A DNA stretch of 64,000 bases from an uncultured Brevinematales bacterium (GCA_964537555.1 CAZIAD010000001.1:5732-69731), one strand, 5' to 3'. Positions 36,920 to 47,831 are shown, counted from the first letter of the stretch. Made by a program: numbers and translations. The notes: generated from the sequence alone by a model not told the origin.

Positions 36920-38572
36920 ATGTTAAAACAAAATTTCGTAAAGACCATCGCTGATGCTTTAAATACTCACTGGAGCAGGCCTGCATTTTCAGACTACCAG
37001 GGAAAAGCCTATAGTTATGAAGCAGTCTCAAGGGAGATAGCCCGATACCATGTGACCTTCTCCCATCTGGGAATCAAAACGGATCAGAAGGTAGCTTTAT
37101 TAGGTAGAAATTCCGCGCACTGGGCTATTTCCTACCTGGCTATCATCACTTATGGTGCGGTGGTAGTCCCTATCCTGCCTGACTTTATGCCCGAGGACAT
37201 CCACCATATCGTAAACCACTCCGACTCTGCCCTGCTTATAGCGGTAGATGACCTCTATACTACTCTGGATATCAGCCAGATGTCCCGGCTCAAGGCGGTA
37301 TTCAGCCTGAATACTATGCGTATCACCTATAAAAAGTCCGGCACAGCCGATGCTTTCTACAAAAAGATCGATAAAGAGCTCATTAAAAAGTCCGGGCCCG
37401 ACTGTAAGCAGGGCAAGGTCAGCTTCCCCGCCCGGTCCAATAAAGAGCTGGAGTCCATAGTCTATACTTCCGGTACTACCGGGTTCTCCAAAGGCGTGAT
37501 GTTGTCCCACAACAGCCTTATGGCTAATGTGAAGTTCGGACATGAAAACATGCCCCTCAAAGCGGGTGACACCATATTATCCTTCCTCCCTATCTCTCAT
37601 GCTTTCGGCTGTGCCTTTGAGTACCTGTTTCCCTTTACGGTGGGATGTCATATTACCTTCCTGGGACGTATCCCCGCCCCGGCTGTACTGGTCAAGGCCT
37701 TTTCCGAGATCCGTCCGGGCCTCATCCTGTCGGTACCCCTGGTCATAGAAAAGATCTACTTTAAACGCATCCTTCCCAAACTGTCCGGCGCGGTCATGAA
37801 GGCCCTCCTGGCCCTGCCCGGTATCAATACACTTCTCTATAAAAAAGTGCGGGCCAGCCTTATGGAGACCTTCGGAGACAACTTCATCGAGATCATAGTA
37901 GGCGGTGCCGCCTTTAACCCGGAAGTGGAGTCCTTCCTGCGAAAAGTAGGCTTTCCCTTTACAGTAGGCTACGGCATGACAGAGTGCGGGCCTCTGATAT
38001 CCTATGCTCCCTGGGACAGCTATGCCCCCGGGTCGGTAGGCCGCATCGTGGACACCCTGGAGGTACGTATCGACTCCGATGATCCTCAAAACCATATCGG
38101 TGAGATACAGGTACGGGGGGATAATGTGATGGAGGGCTATTATAAGAATAAAGAAGCCACTCATGCTTCCTTTACCAAAGACAAATGGCTGCGTACCGGA
38201 GATCTGGGGATCATAGACCCCGAAGGTAATATCACTATCCGGGGGCGTTCCAAGACCATGCTCCTGGGATCAGGAGGGCAGAATATCTTTCCCGAAGAGA
38301 TAGAGGCCCGGCTCAACATCCTCCCCTATGTAGGTGAGTCCCTTATAGTAGACAAGGACAATACTCTGGTGGGACTGGTCTATCCGGATATGGAAAGGGT
38401 CGATAAAGAAAACCTGTCCGAATCCCATCTCAATAAGATCATGGAGGATAACCGTAAACACCTTAATGAAAAACTACCCGTCTATAGTAAGATAACAGAG
38501 ATACGTATTATGCCGGAGGAGTTTGAAAAAACTCCGAAAAAGAGCATAAAACGCTTTAAATACAGCCTATAA
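36920..38572 (+). CDS. AMP-dependent synthetase/ligase (long-chain fatty-acid--CoA ligase-like)
   Basis: ORF 36887..38572; AMP-binding motif 'YTSGTTGFSKGVMLSH'. Confidence 0.85.
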   Translation: MLKQNFVKTIADALNTHWSRPAFSDYQGKAYSYEAVSREIARYHVTFSHLGIKTDQKVALLGRNSAHWAISYLAIITYGAVVVPILPDFMPEDIHHIVNHSDSALLIAVDDLYTTLDISQMSRLKAVFSLNTMRITYKKSGTADAFYKKIDKELIKKSGPDCKQGKVSFPARSNKELESIVYTSGTTGFSKGVMLSHNSLMANVKFGHENMPLKAGDTILSFLPISHAFGCAFEYLFPFTVGCHITFLGRIPAPAVLVKAFSEIRPGLILSVPLVIEKIYFKRILPKLSGAVMKALLALPGINTLLYKKVRASLMETFGDNFIEIIVGGAAFNPEVESFLRKVGFPFTVGYGMTECGPLISYAPWDSYAPGSVGRIVDTLEVRIDSDDPQNHIGEIQVRGDNVMEGYYKNKEATHASFTKDKWLRTGDLGIIDPEGNITIRGRSKTMLLGSGGQNIFPEEIEARLNILPYVGESLIVDKDNTLVGLVYPDMERVDKENLSESHLNKIMEDNRKHLNEKLPVYSKITEIRIMPEEFEKTPKKSIKRFKYSL

Positions 38573-38631
38573 GACTTACATTTGCAATACCCTCCTTCTT
38601 AATATAGAATAAAATACCGGAAGGAGGAAAT

Positions 38632-39423
38632 ATGAATAGACTATGCTTAATGCTATTATTTTTAACCATTACTGCCACTGCCTTTTCCCAGGAAACGAAT
38701 CAGATCACAAACCAGATGACCAATACTGTCAGTTCATCTCCGGATGAAGTAGATACCCGGGTCAAGGGTGAGATCAAGTGGAACAACAAACTCACTGCCG
38801 GTTTTTCCCTCACCAGTGGTAACTCCGCTCTGATGAACCTCAGTGCCGGGCTTTCCTTGAACCGTAACCGTTTGTGGATCAATGAATATGACTTTAAAGC
38901 GATGATAGACTGGCGGACTGACGAAAATGTGAAGACCTATCTAAAGATCTCCTCTCTGTTTCGTTATGGACACAGTTTCACAAAAAAGTTTTATGGCTTT
39001 GTAGGAATAAGTGCCAAGTCGGATTATGCCGCCCTCATCGATTATAACCTCTATCCCAATCTGGGGGTGGGTTACTGGTTCTTTGATACCGGAAGGATCA
39101 AATTGATGAACGAACTGGGAACCGCCTATAATTACTACCTGTATCTGGACCAAACCACTTCTGAAAACCTGGGCTTGTATTATAAGCTCTTCCTGGAATG
39201 GAAGATATGGCCGGAAGTAATATGGAGTGAGACATTTAGTATTAAACCGGCCTGGGCGGATTTTTCTGACTTCGTTCTCAAAAACATCAGTCAGATCAAG
39301 ATAAAGATTAAAAAGGACCTGGACCTGACCCTGACCCACACCTATGATTTTGACAATATCCCCGCTGCCGGAGCCGAAAAATCCGACGTCAGCTTTGTGA
39401 CCGGCCTGGAATGGAAATTTTAA
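38632..39423 (+). CDS. outer-membrane protein, DUF481-like
   Basis: 263 aa; signal peptide; beta-barrel pattern; C-terminal ...GLEWKF. Confidence 0.5.
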   Translation: MNRLCLMLLFLTITATAFSQETNQITNQMTNTVSSSPDEVDTRVKGEIKWNNKLTAGFSLTSGNSALMNLSAGLSLNRNRLWINEYDFKAMIDWRTDENVKTYLKISSLFRYGHSFTKKFYGFVGISAKSDYAALIDYNLYPNLGVGYWFFDTGRIKLMNELGTAYNYYLYLDQTTSENLGLYYKLFLEWKIWPEVIWSETFSIKPAWADFSDFVLKNISQIKIKIKKDLDLTLTHTYDFDNIPAAGAEKSDVSFVTGLEWKF

Positions 39424-40247
39424 GATCAGTCCCCGGGCTGCTATTACTGTTTCTGTCCTTCACCAGCCTGGCCGCACAGTCCACCCTGCCCCCTGAGTAT
39501 ATGCGGGTACAGCAGAGCCCCCATTCTCCCCGTGCCCTGTTTGATCTGGGAGAATATTATTATCGCCAGGAGGACTATGCCCGGGCCCTCCCCCTCTATC
39601 TTCTGGCTCTCACCAATGGTAAAAAAGATGCCTGGCTTTTTATCAAGCTGGGCCGCTGCTATAATAAACTGGATCATCCAGAACAGGCTCTGCCGGTATT
39701 TAAACGGGGCATTCAGCTCTATCCTTCACACAGTACACTCTTGATCAGCCTGGCCCACTGTCACTATCTTCTGGGGCATTATAATACCTCGGTATCCCTT
39801 TGGAAGAAGAGTCTGGGCTCGGGAGCTAATAATCCCTCTCAGTATGGCTTTGTCTATGCAGGTATAGCCAAGGCCTATCGTGAGATGGGTCAGTACACCA
39901 ATAGTCAGAACTATTTTTTAAGATCCCTGTCTTATAAAAAGGACTTCTGGCTTTGTTATGAATATGCCAAACTGCTGGAAAACATGGATCTCCCCCTGGA
40001 GGCTGCGCATTACTATGGGGAGGCCAGGACACTGGAAAAAAAACAGGACTGGATGTATCAGGTTCTGATCCGTGAGAAAGAAGCAGGTATATATTACAGG
40101 CTGGCTATGCAATATAAAAAGCAGAAAGACTGGAAACAGGCACTATCCTCTCTTCAAAAGATCCTGGATGAGCCTGAATTGCACCAGACCAGTAGCCATG
40201 AAAAGGCCTTGTTCTGGATAAAGAGAATAAGTCTTAAACCTCAATAG
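39411..40247 (+). CDS. tetratricopeptide-repeat (TPR) protein, secreted
   Basis: 278 aa; signal peptide; multiple 34-aa TPR-like units (ALxxGxYxxA patterns). Confidence 0.65.
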   Translation: MEILRSVPGLLLLFLSFTSLAAQSTLPPEYMRVQQSPHSPRALFDLGEYYYRQEDYARALPLYLLALTNGKKDAWLFIKLGRCYNKLDHPEQALPVFKRGIQLYPSHSTLLISLAHCHYLLGHYNTSVSLWKKSLGSGANNPSQYGFVYAGIAKAYREMGQYTNSQNYFLRSLSYKKDFWLCYEYAKLLENMDLPLEAAHYYGEARTLEKKQDWMYQVLIREKEAGIYYRLAMQYKKQKDWKQALSSLQKILDEPELHQTSSHEKALFWIKRISLKPQ

Positions 40248-41611
40248 GTGTAGACTTTGATCTCCGTCCTTCGATTGAGTTTTTTCCCTGTCTCAGTCCT
40301 GTTGTCAGCAATCGGCTGGGAATCTCCATATCCATTGGCAGTGATATCTTCCCTGGAGATCCCGTTTTTAATCAGGTAGTAGCGAACCGAATCTGCTCTA
40401 TTTTTAGATAGCTTCAGATTCTCACTGAAATCACCTTCACTATCCGTATGTCCCTGGACTTCAATTTTTATTTTAGGACTTTGTTTATACAACAGGATCA
40501 ATTTATTCAATTCGGCTATACTGACTTCACTTAATCCCTCCTGACCGCTCTCAAAATTAATAGTAGAGACGGAGACTTTAGCATCGATCTTATTGAGCCT
40601 TTCCGGAGTGTTTATCTTATTCATTACCTCAGTGTATATTTCAGGATTTTCTATTTTCCTAATTTTTTCAGCCTCAGCTGACTGATACTGTTCAGTATAT
40701 TTTTTAGCCTGAGTAATGTCCTCTACATTTTGGAAATTTGAAGTAAGCTCCCGGGACAATTTGATATTATCCTCATTTTTTACAGAAAATATTTGATTAC
40801 TGCTGATTTTGATTTCCATGCCTTCTTCTAAAATACTCTTAATTTCCTCAGACGCTGAAAATTTCAGATTTCTTTTCAGATTAATAGTCCCTTCCAGCAG
40901 GACAGCATTTATACCATCTTCCTCTTTTTCTATAAAAAATCTGGTGCCCCTTACAGATGCGACCGCCACATCTGTCTCTACCATAAATATCTCATCCTTT
41001 TTAAGTTTCTTAGTCACATTCATAGCGATCTTTCCTTTCACCATCTTTAGATTTTCCAGATTCCCGCTTAATTGTCCGATATGTATTTCACTTTGCTCCA
41101 GTATTCTAAAAATCCCTCTCCCCGTCATTATGATATCGCAGTAGGAATCTTGTTTTGTCTTAATAATATCATTCTGATTTATGGTCATGCCCGGTTCTAC
41201 CGCTAACCAGTTAGTACGCTGATCATGGGATAAGTATACATCTCCCACAGAAATATCCAGAACATAGGAATGAGATATTTTTGGGGCCGGATTTCGTGTT
41301 TTCATCCTTAAAACCACAGCTGTTAGCGTAATCAGGCCGATTGCCACAACAGTACTTAAAAACCTTCCAACCCGGTTTTTGTCCCTGGGATCTGTGACCA
41401 GAGCTTGCTTCCGGTTTAGATGCCTGTTAACCCGGTTTCTTAATTCTGCTTCGGCGATGCGCCAGTCACTGTCATTATCTCCCTCTATGCCCTTCTTTTG
41501 TCTCTCAGTGTAGATCTCATAGGCTCTTTTTTGTATCTCATCTCTTGTGACAGTATTTTGAGTGTCAGTTGCCGTGATATTTTTTCCGGTGGCTTTTTGC
41601 GATTTTCCCAC
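40241..41611 (-). CDS. membrane protein with FecR-like periplasmic domain and C-terminal OmpA-like domain
   Basis: 456 aa; N-terminal cytoplasmic segment + TM; 'IIMTGRGIFRILEQSEIHIG' FecR-like; C-terminal 'GHTDSEGD...NRRTEIKV' OmpA_C. Confidence 0.65.
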   Translation of the reverse strand: MGKSQKATGKNITATDTQNTVTRDEIQKRAYEIYTERQKKGIEGDNDSDWRIAEAELRNRVNRHLNRKQALVTDPRDKNRVGRFLSTVVAIGLITLTAVVLRMKTRNPAPKISHSYVLDISVGDVYLSHDQRTNWLAVEPGMTINQNDIIKTKQDSYCDIIMTGRGIFRILEQSEIHIGQLSGNLENLKMVKGKIAMNVTKKLKKDEIFMVETDVAVASVRGTRFFIEKEEDGINAVLLEGTINLKRNLKFSASEEIKSILEEGMEIKISSNQIFSVKNEDNIKLSRELTSNFQNVEDITQAKKYTEQYQSAEAEKIRKIENPEIYTEVMNKINTPERLNKIDAKVSVSTINFESGQEGLSEVSIAELNKLILLYKQSPKIKIEVQGHTDSEGDFSENLKLSKNRADSVRYYLIKNGISREDITANGYGDSQPIADNRTETGKKLNRRTEIKVYTY

Positions 41612-41759
41612 ATTACACCTCTAATAGATATATTGGATCCTGATGTAAGTCTTTAAAAAACAAGGAAATACTATATAGAATATATTTGATATTTGTTTTT
41701 TTGTCCATTAAACCAGATCTTTATATAGTGTAACTTAAATTGAGGGGAGCAGCAGGTAG

Positions 41760-43133
41760 TCACTTCCCTATACAAAACTGGCTGAATATACGGTCCAGGA
41801 TAGCTTCATCATCGCTTTTTCCGGTGATCTCTTCTACAGCCCGGCGGAGCTGTCTGAGGTCACTGGCTACGAATTCTTCGGACATACCCTGGTCCAGAGC
41901 CGACAGGGCTTTATTCAGGTAATCCTGGGCATTACGCAACAGGTTTTCCTGGCGGACATTTGCTACCATTACTTCCTGTTCCGGGTCGTGGCCCAGAGAG
42001 AAATAATAGTCGTATACTGACTGTTCCAGCTCATGTATGCCTCTATTATCCTGTACTGAAAGAGAGAGGGCATTGATACCCCAGCGTTTATGGAGATCCT
42101 GCTGATCAGTCTTCCGGGGAAGGTCGGATTTGGTGAGCAGGTAGATATTATCCTGTTCGGGCAGTATCTTCATGAGTTCCTCATCTTCCTCATTCAGTTC
42201 CCGGCTGCTGTCAAACAGGACCAGGCGAAGGTGGGCCTTTTCCATGATATTGCGGCTCCGTTCCACCCCGTGCTGTTCTACTATGTCGGTGGACTCCCTC
42301 AACCCGGCCGTGTCGATAAGACGAACCGGTATTCCCTTAATGTTCAGCTCGTCCTCTACTACATCCCGGGTAGTGCCGGGTATGTCAGTGACAATGACCC
42401 TGTCCTCCCGCAGGAGGGCATTCATGAGGCTGGATTTACCCACATTAGGTGCACCTATGAGGGCCAGCCTGAGCCCACCCGACAGTATCTTACCGGCCCG
42501 GGCGCTGGACAGGAGGGCCTGTATCTGGTCCAGAATATCCAGGAGGCGCTGCCTGATCCGGTCGTGATGCTCCAGATCCAGCTCTTCGTCAGAATGATCG
42601 ATGGCCACCTCCACCTGGGCCAGGGCATCCAGGATAGACTCCTGTAATGTATGCACCCGCTGGGACAAAGCTCCCTCCAGGCGGCTCAGGGCTTGAATAC
42701 GGGCATATCGGGTATGGGCTTTGATGAGGTCATTGACTGCCTCAGCCCGGGCCAGGTCCATCTTGTCATTGAGATAAGCCCGCTGGGTGAATTCACCAGG
42801 CTGGGCCGGACGGGCGCCCAGTTCCAGAAAGAGCGTCATAATATCTTTAAGAATATGAATATTGCCATGTCCGGATATCTCTACCACATCCTCTCCGGTA
42901 TAAGATTTCGGCCCCTGAAAGTAGGTGGCCAGCACCTCATCCAGTATCTCGCCTTTCTGATTCTTTATGGTACCAAAATATTGTTTATGACTGGAAAATA
43001 ACCCCTTCTGTGCCGCAGGCCAAAAGGCCTTTTTCAAGATATCCAATGCCTTAGGCCCGGATATCCGGATGACTCCAATGGCGGACTCTCCCGGGGTGGT
43101 AGCCAGTGCGATGATGGTATCTTCTGTTATCAT
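41760..43133 (-). CDS. mnmE: tRNA modification GTPase MnmE
   Basis: 457 aa; G-domain 'GAPNVGKSSLMNAL', 'DTAGLR', C-terminal CIGK. Confidence 0.9.
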   Translation of the reverse strand: MITEDTIIALATTPGESAIGVIRISGPKALDILKKAFWPAAQKGLFSSHKQYFGTIKNQKGEILDEVLATYFQGPKSYTGEDVVEISGHGNIHILKDIMTLFLELGARPAQPGEFTQRAYLNDKMDLARAEAVNDLIKAHTRYARIQALSRLEGALSQRVHTLQESILDALAQVEVAIDHSDEELDLEHHDRIRQRLLDILDQIQALLSSARAGKILSGGLRLALIGAPNVGKSSLMNALLREDRVIVTDIPGTTRDVVEDELNIKGIPVRLIDTAGLRESTDIVEQHGVERSRNIMEKAHLRLVLFDSSRELNEEDEELMKILPEQDNIYLLTKSDLPRKTDQQDLHKRWGINALSLSVQDNRGIHELEQSVYDYYFSLGHDPEQEVMVANVRQENLLRNAQDYLNKALSALDQGMSEEFVASDLRQLRRAVEEITGKSDDEAILDRIFSQFCIGK

Positions 43134-43155
43134 GCTTTCCTCGCAGTATAAATAG

Positions 43156-43180
43156 TAAAGCCCCCTTTTACAGGGGGCTT
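43156..43180 (-). terminator. candidate terminator between yidC and mnmE
   Basis: hairpin aaagccccct-tttac-agggggcttt. Confidence 0.45.
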
Positions 43181-43213
43181 TAATGCTATATTAGTTACAG
43201 GACTATTTCAAGT

Positions 43214-44914
43214 TTAGATGAGCTTCACATACTTGTCTTTGTTGATGATGTACTGCTCGATGATGGTATAGACGTTCTGAATGGTCCAGTACAGTACCAG
43301 TCCGGCAGGCATATTCCAGAACAGGAACAGGAACATCACAGGCAGCATATAGGTCTGCAGCTTACTCTGCTGAGCCATAGTAGCATTGGTAGTGGACTGC
43401 AGCTTGGTCTGTACCAGCTGTATTCCAGTCATGAGAAGGGGCAAGAGGTTAAAATGGAAGGTACCTATCATGAACAGGGTATCTGGCTGAGTGAGGTCCT
43501 TGATCCACATAAAGGCTGCTCCGCGCAGCTCTACAGAGGTAGAGAGCACCCGGTACAGTGCGAAAAACACAGGGATCTGTAATATCATAGGCAGACATCC
43601 GCCTAAAGGATTGACCTTTTCCTTTTTGTAGAGCTCCATAGTCTTTGCCTGAAGCTTCTGCTGGTCGTCTTTGTATTTTTCCTGGAGGTTTTTAAGCTTG
43701 GGCTGCAGCATATTCATACGTTTGATAGAAATAGCGGCCTTGATGGACAGAGGGGAGAGCAGCAGTTTGATGACCAGGGCCATCAGGATGATGACCAGTC
43801 CCCAGCTCTTGATCACTTTACCCAGGAGGAAGATACCGCCATTGATAGCCCACTCGATGGGCTTCATAAGCCAGTTAAACAGACTTCCCCATCTGAATAC
43901 GACCTTCAGACTGTCATCCACAGCCTTGGCAATGTTTTCTTTACGTGGGCCAACAAAATATTTGATAGCAAAAGACTTAGTCTCTCCTGATTCCAGTACA
44001 AAAGGCTTCTGTTCTACACTCATAGAGATCTGTCTGTACTGCCCTTTCTTGGCGGTACTGACTTCTTTAAACTTACCATCCCAGTTACTGCCCAGAGGGA
44101 TCATGGCGGCCATGAAGTAGTTGTCATATAATACCATCCACTTAGGCCCTGCAATGAGGCTGTCCCCTACTTTTTTACCTTTGATCCGGTCAACCAGCCC
44201 GATATTAAGAGCCTTTTCCTTTTTACCATTGACATAATACTGGGTCTCGATACGGTTACGGGGACTGGCTTCATCAAATGGAACCAGTTCAAATAAGGTC
44301 CCTACCGAGAAACTCTTGCCATCCAGGTCCATATTCATGGTCTGGCCGGTAAGATTTCTAAAGGAGATCTCTTCATTGATCTGATAATTTGAAGAAAGAG
44401 TAAATGTGCGTTTTAGCTCTACTGCTTTTCCTTTCAGATTGACCCGGGCAGCCAGTACTATGGAGTTACTAGTCTGGGACTGGACTGTGTAGAGAGGGCG
44501 GGCTTTATAAAGGAGAAGCTTCTCAGTGTCCCCAAAAGCAAGGTCACCGTTCTGGTATGCCCTGTTAGTAGAAAGCAGTGACACGGAGTTGGAGTAACGG
44601 TTCCATTCTCCATCTATGTTCAGTTCATTGATGACAGCCCCTTTACTATTGATGACCAGGCTGATCTCTCCATCATAGCTGATGCTGTAGTCCTTGCCTT
44701 CACCTGAGGTGACAAACTTGACTGCATCAGGTGCTGTAGGCAGGCTCTGCTGTACCGGGGTCTGAGCAGTCTGGGGGGTTACAGCCGGTGCATTGGTCTG
44801 CTGTACTGCCATTTCGTTTTTTTGATTGTTGCGGGTATTCCACCACATGACGCCTATAAGTATAAAAGAGATAATAAATGCGAGTAGCATCCTCTTTTCA
44901 TAATCTTTATTCAT
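43214..44914 (-). CDS. yidC: membrane protein insertase YidC
   Basis: 566 aa; N-terminal TM, large periplasmic domain, conserved C-terminal 5-TM core. Confidence 0.9.
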   Translation of the reverse strand: MNKDYEKRMLLAFIISFILIGVMWWNTRNNQKNEMAVQQTNAPAVTPQTAQTPVQQSLPTAPDAVKFVTSGEGKDYSISYDGEISLVINSKGAVINELNIDGEWNRYSNSVSLLSTNRAYQNGDLAFGDTEKLLLYKARPLYTVQSQTSNSIVLAARVNLKGKAVELKRTFTLSSNYQINEEISFRNLTGQTMNMDLDGKSFSVGTLFELVPFDEASPRNRIETQYYVNGKKEKALNIGLVDRIKGKKVGDSLIAGPKWMVLYDNYFMAAMIPLGSNWDGKFKEVSTAKKGQYRQISMSVEQKPFVLESGETKSFAIKYFVGPRKENIAKAVDDSLKVVFRWGSLFNWLMKPIEWAINGGIFLLGKVIKSWGLVIILMALVIKLLLSPLSIKAAISIKRMNMLQPKLKNLQEKYKDDQQKLQAKTMELYKKEKVNPLGGCLPMILQIPVFFALYRVLSTSVELRGAAFMWIKDLTQPDTLFMIGTFHFNLLPLLMTGIQLVQTKLQSTTNATMAQQSKLQTYMLPVMFLFLFWNMPAGLVLYWTIQNVYTIIEQYIINKDKYVKLI

Positions 44915-45001
44915 GGTCTCTCCTGTGAATTTGTGTCCATAAGTATAATCACTTTAGCTTAAAAAATCAAACCGGGGTAGTAAATTAGACAGTTTTTGCA
45001 G

Positions 45002-45913
45002 CTATTTTCTTAATTTTTCCAGATAATCTCTGAAATGGGGGGGTAATTCACACTCAAAGCTCATTTCCCGGCCTGTCACCGGATGAGTAAAACTGAGCCT
45101 GCGGGCACAGAGGGCCAGGCCTTTTTTAGGTGAACGGGAGTATATGGGGTCCCCTAATACCGGGAAGCCGAGATGGGAGAAATGTACCCGGATCTGGTGG
45201 GTACGGCCGGTATGAAGCCGGATCTCAATATAAGCATAGTGCTCGAAATACTCCAGCACTTTCCATTCAGTATGGGCTTCCTTGCCGTCTTCCCGCACCG
45301 CCATCTTTTTACGGTCATGGCGGGAACGGGCTATGGGCTCACGGATCTCCCCTTCCTGTTCGGGGTGTCCCATGACAATGGCTTCATAGTGCTTTTCTAT
45401 GGTACGCTCTTTAAAATCCCGGACCAGCTGCCGGTGGGCCTGGTCGGACAGGGCGATGATCATGAGTCCGGCAGTGTCCTTGTCCAGGCGGTGTACTATA
45501 CCGGGACGTTCCACCCCCCCGATGCCGGATAGCTGCCCCCCCAGGTGAAACAGCAGGGCGTGTACCAGGGTGTGGTCCCAGTTTCCCTGGGCCGGATGTA
45601 CCGCAAGGCCAGCCTGTTTGTTGATGACAGCGATGTGTTCATCCTGATAAAGGATATCCAGAGGAATGTCCCGGGGGCTGAGATCCAGTTCCTGCATGGG
45701 GTGCAGCTTCAGACTGACTTCCTCACCTGTCCTGGCTTTATGTGATAGTTTGGAAGAAGTGCCATTGACATAGAGGGTTTTTATCCGGGTCTTGAGTGAA
45801 GAACGGCTCAGCTCCGGATAGAGTTCAGGAATGATGATATCCAGCCGTTTTCCCGCAAAATCCGGAGATACAACAAAGGCTTTAAGATTATTCTGCTCAT
45901 TCAATCTCGTCAT
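45002..45913 (-). CDS. RluA-family pseudouridine synthase (RluD-like)
   Basis: 303 aa; S4-like N-terminus, catalytic 'HRLDKDTAGLM'. Confidence 0.85.
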   Translation of the reverse strand: MTRLNEQNNLKAFVVSPDFAGKRLDIIIPELYPELSRSSLKTRIKTLYVNGTSSKLSHKARTGEEVSLKLHPMQELDLSPRDIPLDILYQDEHIAVINKQAGLAVHPAQGNWDHTLVHALLFHLGGQLSGIGGVERPGIVHRLDKDTAGLMIIALSDQAHRQLVRDFKERTIEKHYEAIVMGHPEQEGEIREPIARSRHDRKKMAVREDGKEAHTEWKVLEYFEHYAYIEIRLHTGRTHQIRVHFSHLGFPVLGDPIYSRSPKKGLALCARRLSFTHPVTGREMSFECELPPHFRDYLEKLRK

Positions 45914-46454
45914 CCTCTGTGAGCATCAGTGTTTTAGGGTCTTTGCTCCAGTCAAATTGGGCGTATTTTTGCAGGGCTGCACCCTTCACACAATAATAGG
46001 TCTGCCACTCCCAGGTATCATAATAAAAATGCCATTCAGACTCATCACCGTCCAGGTACACTTCTATAGTCTGCTGTATATACTTTTCAGAGAGATCTCC
46101 ATTGATATTAGCATCCGGAAGAAGCTGCTCGATTTCCAGGCGCCACAATCCATTGTCCTCACTGGCCTCCACTATCCTGTATCCTACATTAGATACTGCC
46201 CTGCCCTGGAACCGGGGCTGATAATGTATCTCCTGGATCCGGTATTGTCCAACCTCCAGCTGATGGATGTATTTTTCTGCTTTTGCGGATCCATCTGTCT
46301 CCAGACCATCCTGCCACTTTCCCTGGATCGGGATATGACTGAGGATGGCCCATGATCCAATAAGTTCAGCAGGGAGGGATACTTTGAGGAGGGACCCCTG
46401 ACCACAGGAAGAGATTAAAAAAAACATTGATAATAATATACTTTTGTTTAGCAT
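45897..46454 (-). CDS. lipoprotein of unknown function
   Basis: 185 aa; signal peptide + lipobox ISSCGQ. Confidence 0.5.
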   Translation of the reverse strand: MLNKSILLSMFFLISSCGQGSLLKVSLPAELIGSWAILSHIPIQGKWQDGLETDGSAKAEKYIHQLEVGQYRIQEIHYQPRFQGRAVSNVGYRIVEASEDNGLWRLEIEQLLPDANINGDLSEKYIQQTIEVYLDGDESEWHFYYDTWEWQTYYCVKGAALQKYAQFDWSKDPKTLMLTEDDEIE

Positions 46455-46517
46455 TCTGTGACCTCCCTAAAACTGGATATATAGCTTAAGGGAGGATTAA
46501 AAATATGACAAGCTAAC

Positions 46518-47285
46518 TTAAAGACCCCGGATTATATCCTTCAGTTTCACCGCTTTGTATTGCAGCCCATAATTCCCCAATGATAAGGCCTGTTCGGGGC
46601 AGTAGGAGACACAGCGGACGCAGAGCTCACATTTATTACCCGGAACCGGATAATCCGGGATGGTAAAATTCTGTACGGGACAGATCTTCACACAGATACC
46701 ACATTTTGTACATTTTAGCTGGTCCAGGCGGATAGGAGAGGCCCATCGATACAGTCTTTGAAACACCCTGGCCCGGGAAAACAGGCTCATTAGGTCTGAT
46801 AAGACCGGGATCCTTCTCCACCGGGCTGTCTGATCGATCAGATCACGGGCGTACTGACGGGCCTGGATCAGCCCTTTTTGCCGTTTCTGTTCATCTTTTT
46901 GATCCCGGATGGATCGGCGGTAGATATTTACAGGCATCATGATCTCTCTGGCCCCGATAGTATGATAACCTTTTCGGCGCAGTATTGTACGCAGGGGGCC
47001 CACTACACCCCCACTGTACAGCATCATAGTGTCTACCATAAAGACATCGTTTTTTCCCTGAGGCAGGCTTTTTACAAAGTCCCAGATAAATGGAAAAGTG
47101 CCCTGCATGGCTACCGGAAAGGCCAGGCCCAGGGTCACACCAGCTTCAATGCCCCTAACACTAGCCCCCTGAATGGGCCCTACTTCCACCTCTATCCCTT
47201 CTCCTTCAAACACTTCCTGCATAGCCCGCAGGACGAGCAGGGTATTGCCGGTACTGCTGAATTGATAGAATAGTATTTTTTTCAT
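46518..47285 (-). CDS. flavodoxin-like domain fused to 2x[4Fe-4S] ferredoxin (EFR1-family-like)
   Basis: 255 aa; 'ILFYQFSSTGNT' flavodoxin start; CTKCGICVKICP and CELCVRCVSYCP clusters. Confidence 0.75.
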   Translation of the reverse strand: MKKILFYQFSSTGNTLLVLRAMQEVFEGEGIEVEVGPIQGASVRGIEAGVTLGLAFPVAMQGTFPFIWDFVKSLPQGKNDVFMVDTMMLYSGGVVGPLRTILRRKGYHTIGAREIMMPVNIYRRSIRDQKDEQKRQKGLIQARQYARDLIDQTARWRRIPVLSDLMSLFSRARVFQRLYRWASPIRLDQLKCTKCGICVKICPVQNFTIPDYPVPGNKCELCVRCVSYCPEQALSLGNYGLQYKAVKLKDIIRGL

Positions 47286-47831
47286 CTATGGCTCCAGAAC
47301 TGGCCTTTTCACAGAAAATCCAATCAATAATTTAACCATAAATAAAGGGGCAAATGCATATAAGACCTGGACTTCGGCCTGCAGGTACAGGGACCCCAAT
47401 ACACCTAATACCAGCAGGGCAGCAGCCAGGACCTGCCTTTTTTCATTATCAGGAATGAAATGCAGAGCCACACCTCCCATCAGGGTAAGTGCCGCCACTC
47501 CTCCGATCAAAATCCAGGATGAAGGAAACACCCATATCACTACAGCAGGATGCAGAATGTGCAGTAACAGAAAGATTATCCTGATCCTTTCATTTTTCTG
47601 ATAATACTGATTAGTAGAACTGCTCAGATTGGCGATTACCCCTCCCGCAATATCGAAGAAAATAAATGAGACAATGATCCTTTTTATAAGAGATATACCG
47701 CTATTCTCCAGGGATAAAAATACCAGGAAAAATGCTATCAGCCCTATAAAATATACCAGTATTATATTAAACAGCGGACTATTCTCTCCATGCAGTTCCT
47801 GCAATGCTTTGGGGATCTTTATTGTCTTCAT
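47286..47831 (-). CDS. integral membrane protein of unknown function, translationally coupled to downstream ferredoxin
   Basis: 181 aa; 5-6 TM helices; stop/start abut at 47285/47286. Confidence 0.5.
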   Translation of the reverse strand: MKTIKIPKALQELHGENSPLFNIILVYFIGLIAFFLVFLSLENSGISLIKRIIVSFIFFDIAGGVIANLSSSTNQYYQKNERIRIIFLLLHILHPAVVIWVFPSSWILIGGVAALTLMGGVALHFIPDNEKRQVLAAALLVLGVLGSLYLQAEVQVLYAFAPLFMVKLLIGFSVKRPVLEP

